The position numbers and the translations under genes are program-made. DNA of 64,000 bases, from contig OZ374558.1 of assembly GCA_977862235.1 (NCBI GenBank), forward strand, positions 992,001 to 1,056,000, in the 5' to 3' direction. This document shows, in pieces, positions 58,340-64,000 of the stretch. The notes beneath the pieces are model-generated. The model searched no databases. It had not been told where the DNA came from and was given only the letters and a program-made list of their open reading frames with translations. Position 1 is the stretch's first letter; every line of letters begins with the position of its first letter. This DNA is from Dudresnaya verticillata (taxonomy: Eukaryota).

Positions 58340-60898
58340 TGCGCGTTTGGTTTTGTCTCAGCGTATTGTAAGATGGCGGCTGCAGCATGTAATACAAATA
58401 CTTGCAGCTCTTTGCTGTAGCGCTCTTAAACATGGCATGCATCTTTGGGGGCAAAGCAACTTCTAATAGCTTTCTCCCACAGCCCTCTTTACGAGAGGAC
58501 ATCTACCGTTCATCCGTCTAGAAGCAAAACAGTAATTCTAAACGCATCATCTGCCACGCTTAGGAAGGCTATTGTGGCCTTCCACTCCATCCCAGACACG
58601 GATGGCCTCGTCGGGAGAGAATCTATCAACGACAGACGAGGTGCCCTATGCCCGTCGTAAAGCCAGGGAATTGGTAAATCGTTCGACAGCAGCCTGAAAT
58701 CCAATACCATTGCAGGAGAAATAAGAAGATTAGACTAGGCACATTTCTTTTCTCCTTGTTCTTCATTTCTATCCCCTTTTTCTACTCTGCTAACGTACGA
58801 GTTCCTTTTGTACCCCCATTCTGGTCTATGATATCCCCGCACACCGTTGTATTCGGCGGACTATTCGTGCAATCCAGTAGAACCGCGCAACGGCATGGAG
58901 TGTATAATTCGACTATGGTCATGCATGTCATCCAGAGGTAGCGCTCCCTCTAAATAACAATACCCCTTGTAGTTCCACGTCCTCTTACGTCCTGACAACA
59001 GACAAGTACCACCCCCCTCAACATATTCACCTTCTCCGTTTTCAAGCGTTGGCAATCAATCGCCGTCGTCTTGCCCTTCAGGTACGTCCTTGAGTAGACC
59101 GGGCGTCCTAGCGCCCTTCGAACCCTACCATAAAGTTCCCCATCTCTCAACATATTTAATGAGACGTGGGGCCAACTGGCACAATAGCTGCTTTTTGTAT
59201 AAGATAGCATCTCTCTACAATGGGATATTTGTGAGGTTGGTGTTATTGAGCACCACAAAGGGACTTGAGCGCTGAGAGCAAATACGAATAAACGAGGGAC
59301 AAGAAGGGGAGAGACAGACCTGTTCCCCTTCGACAGACTGAACGCGAACCAGCGGCCAACTGGGGTCTTCGTGATTGTCGAAACGTGATATGCCGCTTTA
59401 TTAGTAAAAGTTGAAGTGCACTTGCACCGTGCAGATGCCGCCCTCGTCCAAGCCCTGCAGTACTATCTGGTGCCTCTTCAGAAGCCCAATGCCATTCCTA
59501 CAACGCGTGCTCACATCGGTCGTACTCCAAGTATTCAATCCAGTAGACGTTTAAAATCTTTATCATCAGTGTCAAAGTGTAACTAGAGCGGCTATCAGGG
59601 AGATGAGCGTGCACCCAAAAATGACTTGAGAAAGCTTTCTTCGGGGTTAAACCTGTAGCCGCGGGCAGCTCTCGAAACCCCCTATTGGCATGCTGGCGTG
59701 GTGTAGTCTGAAGGATAGTTAGGTGGGTGAGTTAGGAAGAACATAGGTGGGAACAGTCAAGATTAGAAGAGCAAATAAGCTTTGCTGAGTCCCGAGAGAG
59801 CGACACTCTCGTAGCGTGCACTTGTGACGCGGTCATTGATGTTCCAGCCTGGCTTCCTGCAGCTTTCCCACTCTTATCTTCATCCAAATCTACTCAGTGC
59901 ATAAGGAAAGAGCGCTTGACGTTGGCATTCTTCTTTTTATCGTGTCTTCTGTAACCGAAGCAGCAGACTGCTCACTTACCGCCTCAACTGTGGAAGAGCT
60001 TGATGAGCTTCCGTTCGGGGCAGCAGTACTGATTAATTCCCGTAACGAGTAACGGTGGGCTCTGAGTATTGCAGTACATTGGCATTTATGGGATAATAAA
60101 TCGGAATAAGATAAACAAACAAAGCCCCAGCACATCCGCGATCCAAGCCCTGTGCGTGCTTCCTTCCATGTCGCAATGCTATCCAAATCCACGGCCCTGC
60201 CTGCCGGAACTGCGACGAGAGCAGCGGCGACAAGTCGTAATACTCCACACACACATGCGAAGCGAGGGAAGGGCTGCTGGCTCTGTCGGCTCTGCTTCTT
60301 TCCCGCGCGCTCTGCCGCTCCGCCTGCGAACAAGTCCCATCCAACATTGACCGCGGTTCGAAACTTTATCACCAACTGTTTTTGATTATCGACGCCAACT
60401 GCGCGTGCCAACCGCACGGATGTCGCAAGTGGGATGAGCAGAACCTGCGTGGTCCCAGGGGTCTTCGTTGAATGAGAGAGTTTGTTATGTTTACTGGGAT
60501 CCTGGATATGGACGGCAGAAAGCGCTTGTGGGTCGCGATATGGTATGATAAATCGCAGTATCGTTATCTGCCGGTTCAATAGTCGAACTCACTCGAGAGC
60601 TCCGCCCAGTAACTTGGCCACCATGTCGCAGGCAGCATCACTCGATGCGGGCCGAATGGTCCACGGTCTCGGACTGGCACCAACGATGTCGTCGTTGCGA
60701 CTCGCGCTGCCTCTCCAGCAGACTGACTGACCTCACCCTCGCGCACGGACATATCACCATGAGGTGGACTGGTTCTGTGAAAAGAAGCGGCCCCCGAAGG
60801 GGACTGGGCTAAGGAGGTGTTGGGAACTCCCGATGACGGCTGCGGCTGCGAAACATTTGAGACTGGCGCTGGGTAGATCGACTGGAAAAGCTGCGACG

Positions 60899-61318
60899 CT
60901 AGATCGAGGGCTTACGAATTGCGGTCTTCGACCCGACACACCGAGGGAGAATCCATTCGAACAGCTCCCCCACACGGGATCCAAGAGATGTCGAGAGCTC
61001 CTGAAGTTCGCTGCGCGTGGCGCGGTCGAGCGTTTTGCGCAACCCTGAGATGTAGCGCAGAGTCCGTTCCGCAGATCCTGGCGAGGGTGGCGATGTGTCA
61101 GAAACGAGGGGCCACCTCGTGCAGTAGAGTGCTCGGTGCCTTTCCACTGCTGATCGCGTTGCAGTGAATTGGTTCCAGGCTGCGGCAAAGTCATCATCCA
61201 GCGGCGACTCCACGCAGTCCGCATCAATACTGGAATCGTCGAGCACGGCAGTGTAGTCAGCCTCCCAGTCGCACTCATAGTCAGAAGGGAGCTCGTCGAG
61301 CTTGTCGAGTCCCGACAT
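60899..61318 (-). CDS. Hypothetical protein with acidic N-terminus, possibly a TE or pseudogene fragment
   Basis: ATG 61318 MSGLDKLDELPSDYECDWEADY..., protein-like composition, no recognised motif. Confidence 0.3.
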   Translation of the reverse strand: MSGLDKLDELPSDYECDWEADYTAVLDDSSIDADCVESPLDDDFAAAWNQFTATRSAVERHRALYCTRWPLVSDTSPPSPGSAERTLRYISGLRKTLDRATRSELQELSTSLGSRVGELFEWILPRCVGSKTAIRKPSI

Positions 61319-61566
61319 GGTTGAGCTCGGGCCGAAACTCCGAAATTCCGTGCCCTTTTCGCACCGTTTCCCGCTGGGCGCGGCGCGCGTAGACGCGATC
61401 CGCGTGCCTGTAACGGGGGCGCAGGCGGAGGGGAAGGGCAGAGAGAGAGAGAGAGAGCGAATGAGAGAGTTTGTGGATTTTACGAAGTCCCTGTCTATGG
61501 AGGTTTGATGAGAAATATGTAACCGCACAAGATCATAATCTGACATAGTTACTGCGCTAGAATGTT

Positions 61567-62794
61567 TTAACCAGCGACGCTGGCGAGAATGCAGGCAGCT
61601 TTGCGCTTAACAAGGAGAGCGGCAATGTGCGAAAAGCAACGATTGCGTGACGTACTGCGACTCTCATTGAATCGTGTAGCGCTCGCATCAGCGATGCTTT
61701 TGAAGTACTTCCGGGCCTTCTGTAGCCATCCACCCGTGGTGTGTATGGCAAAGGGCAGCAGCGTGTAGTCATCCCCGAGGTCGGCGATGAGGGCTGCGTG
61801 ATGAGCGACCACAGCTTGGCGGCGGCTGCAAGGTCGAGCGTCTGAGCGGGAAAGACTGCCGTCGCGTGCACCCGTGCGGATGTCAGTCGGTGTCGGATCA
61901 CTACGTCAATAAGGACGCGGTCGCCTTGGTCCCCCATTGCGGCGATATCGCGGCGCTTGTTGTGGACACTGCCGGTGTCTCGGGGCTCGACAGCGGGGTG
62001 TCGCGCTGCTTCGACGAGTCTGGCGGCTGTCGCCTGCACAACGGCGTCGTGGCGAGTAATGCGGGGAGATCCGTACGGGCAGACAAGAGCATGGCCTCCA
62101 TACATGTCCATTTTCGCAGCCAGGCCGTCCGCATTTCTCCAGTGAGTTAAACCGAGGGACGCTACAGTAGAATTTGAACCATGTTGTAAACTCAAGGGGA
62201 GATATGTGGGACTGAAAGGCTTGGCATGGAGAACAGTTTAACCAGTCTTTGGCGCCGGGAAGGGTCATGCACTTGCGCATGGCGATTGTGCGAATGTTCC
62301 CTGGAGAGACACGTGATGTTACGCCAACGTGGACGGCATCGGAAAATTGTTTCTAAGTAGGGAAGTCCGTCGATATCCAGGTCTCTAGGGCCCCGATCTT
62401 GTCCCGGATGGCATTGTCCGGCCCGCAGAGAGATTTCCAGCGCCCATAGGCATCATTTGTGTCGCATACTCCAAGGCTGCTAGGGTACGGGTGTCCTGAG
62501 ATGCGAGCGCAGTTACGATTTGTTTGCGGCACCGACGCAAGAAACGCGCATGGTTAAGGCGTGACCGTGGAGGATACGCCGATGCCGGGGGTCGCCTGGG
62601 TTTTCTGTAGCGCTCGCACTGGTAACTGTAGTTCTCTCCATGTAGCGATTGAGAGGAACCCGTCCAGCATGTCGCGGGAAACACTTGTAAATGCGTTGGT
62701 CCAATGCTTGACCCGCAGCAAGGGACAGTCGTAGCGGTACTAGTCTCAGTAGATACATGACTTGACTGATCCCATAACAGTACCTGAGGAGAAG
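61567..62794 (-). mobile_element. CRE-like non-LTR retrotransposon 3' fragment (post-RT region, zinc finger, restriction-like endonuclease), frameshifted
   Basis: LLLRYC..YLLRLVP, QLPVR..PGIGV..AFLAS, GAKDWLNCSP, C...GC..D.YGGHALVC, RHDAV, VEP..KRRDI..LIDV, LPFAIHTTGGW. Confidence 0.85.
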
Positions 62795-63542
62795 TGTGGC
62801 AGTATGGACGCTGTCAGCAGGAGGGCTTACAAGAACGCACTTCTTTTCGTGGGACAGACTGTCCCTTAATCAGGACAGCTGTCCTTTCATCGCTGTACAC
62901 GTGGATGGCATTGGGATACACGTGTGTACACGTGGCCTTACCGCTGTACACGTGTCTTACACGTGGCATTGAAATCACGCCAGTTGGACACCTCGTATTG
63001 GCTGATTTATGACGCGCCGCTGCGCTCCTACTCACGAACGAGGAGCGCCTCTGTGCTCAGGGTATCGACAATGCAGCCGAGACCCTGGCTTAAACACCTG
63101 CGCATCCGCCACCAAGTCCCCTAACTGGAACGCATTCCTCCTTTTTAACTCGTACTGACTGTACTAACCCACGTAACTATAATCATAGACTAACTTAGAC
63201 CCCCTTTCGGGCTGATAGACTTTTCGGCTGTCGAGCCCTCCTTATCAGCGCCGGAATAGCCGGCGCCCTCATAATAAACACTCAGCGGAGTTGTTCGGAA
63301 AGTATTCACCTTTTGGTCGTTCGGACGCTCCGCGCGCGAGACGCGCCTGCAGAGGTCACCCAGTACAGGCCCGGACATCGTACGACACGTACTCTACGAA
63401 ATATCCGGTCGCAACCTCTATATTTTCCCTCAGTCGGTCGCGCCGAGTCTTTCCCATGCGTCCGCACCCCCCTTTCGCGTCATCAGGGTTCGAATCCTTT
63501 CTAGTCCCTACCAAACCTCCTTCGAGCTACCACCCATGAGCG
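62795..63542. mobile_element. Probable LTR-type insertion interrupting the CRE-like ORF
   Basis: Coding similarity stops exactly at TGTGGCAG; non-coding, with internal TACACGTG repeats; far end not visible. Confidence 0.45.
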
Positions 63543-64000
63543 TGTGATATCGGAAATTTGTTTTAGACGCTATCCGCGAAACAAAACCGTGGTCTCCGTG
63601 AAAAAATCGAGAAATACGAAGTTCGAAGTGACTCCGTGAATGCGCACGCCACGATGGCAAACGTATTACAGTGCGCCTACTGTGCGCGCGCCACGATGGC
63701 ATTCGCATTACAGCACGCACGTGATACGAAATCGCTGACACCTCGGGACGAATCCCAAGCTGGTTTCGTGATCGAGCGCGCCACGATGGCATTCGCATTA
63801 CAGTGCGCCCCCGATACGAAATCGCTGACACCTTCGTGACTTTCCCGTTTGCTTCCCGCGCGTAACGGCGCCGGGGCCCACGAGACACGCGCACCTCCGT
63901 ATGCATCGCTGGCACACTTCGTAACCGCCACCGTACGTGAGGTGACCATTCGTTGGCACCGAGGCCGTTACGAATCATTCGAGTACGAACCGTCTCCCGC
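63543..64000 (+). mobile_element. LTR of the same family as 13072-13913, truncated by the window end
   Basis: 63564-64000 is the diverged reverse complement of about 13471-13906; begins TGTGATAT versus TGTGGTAT. Confidence 0.85.

Noticed and set aside
59890..60579. STKTPGTTQ resembling a GTPase switch motif
   Set aside because: No GxxxxGKS P-loop or DxxG in the expected positions.
62786..62794. GAGGAGAAG as a polypurine tract before TG at 62795
   Set aside because: It is the antisense of the Leu codons in the CRE-like LLLRYC motif, so it is target sequence.

Overview
Eukaryotic, gene-poor, transposon-dense window; TE repertoire, composition and ~45-nt introns suggest a red macroalga (inference only). 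Left half, in order: a tyrosine-recombinase retrotransposon (700-5067) bounded by 250-bp direct repeats; a Helitron Rep-helicase gene in essentially one frame with four in-frame stops (6223-11631); an orphan LTR with its PBS (13053-13913); and a three-level nest. In the nest, the putative terminus of a PIF/Harbinger remnant was hit by a 22.1-kb Mutator-like element (15155-37298; 215-bp TIRs, 9-bp TSD). That MULE encodes a Ulp1-like SUMO protease, zinc fingers, a transposase and a convergent accessory ORF. The accessory ORF was split by a 12.6-kb chromodomain Ty3/gypsy element (23818-36436) carrying its own ~780-codon antisense ORF. Right half is mostly unassignable, with two paralogous secreted six-Cys basic proteins (39680-40156, 54401-54898), a head-to-head pair of Lys/Ser-rich basic genes (43402-44028, 44841-45740), tRNA-Trp(CCA), and a CRE-like non-LTR fragment interrupted by probable LTRs. 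Best candidates for something new: SUMO-pathway motifs on accessory proteins of two unrelated TEs, the unknown MULE and gypsy accessory ORFs, and the two unrecognised host paralog pairs. All calls are from manual reading; no database search was run.
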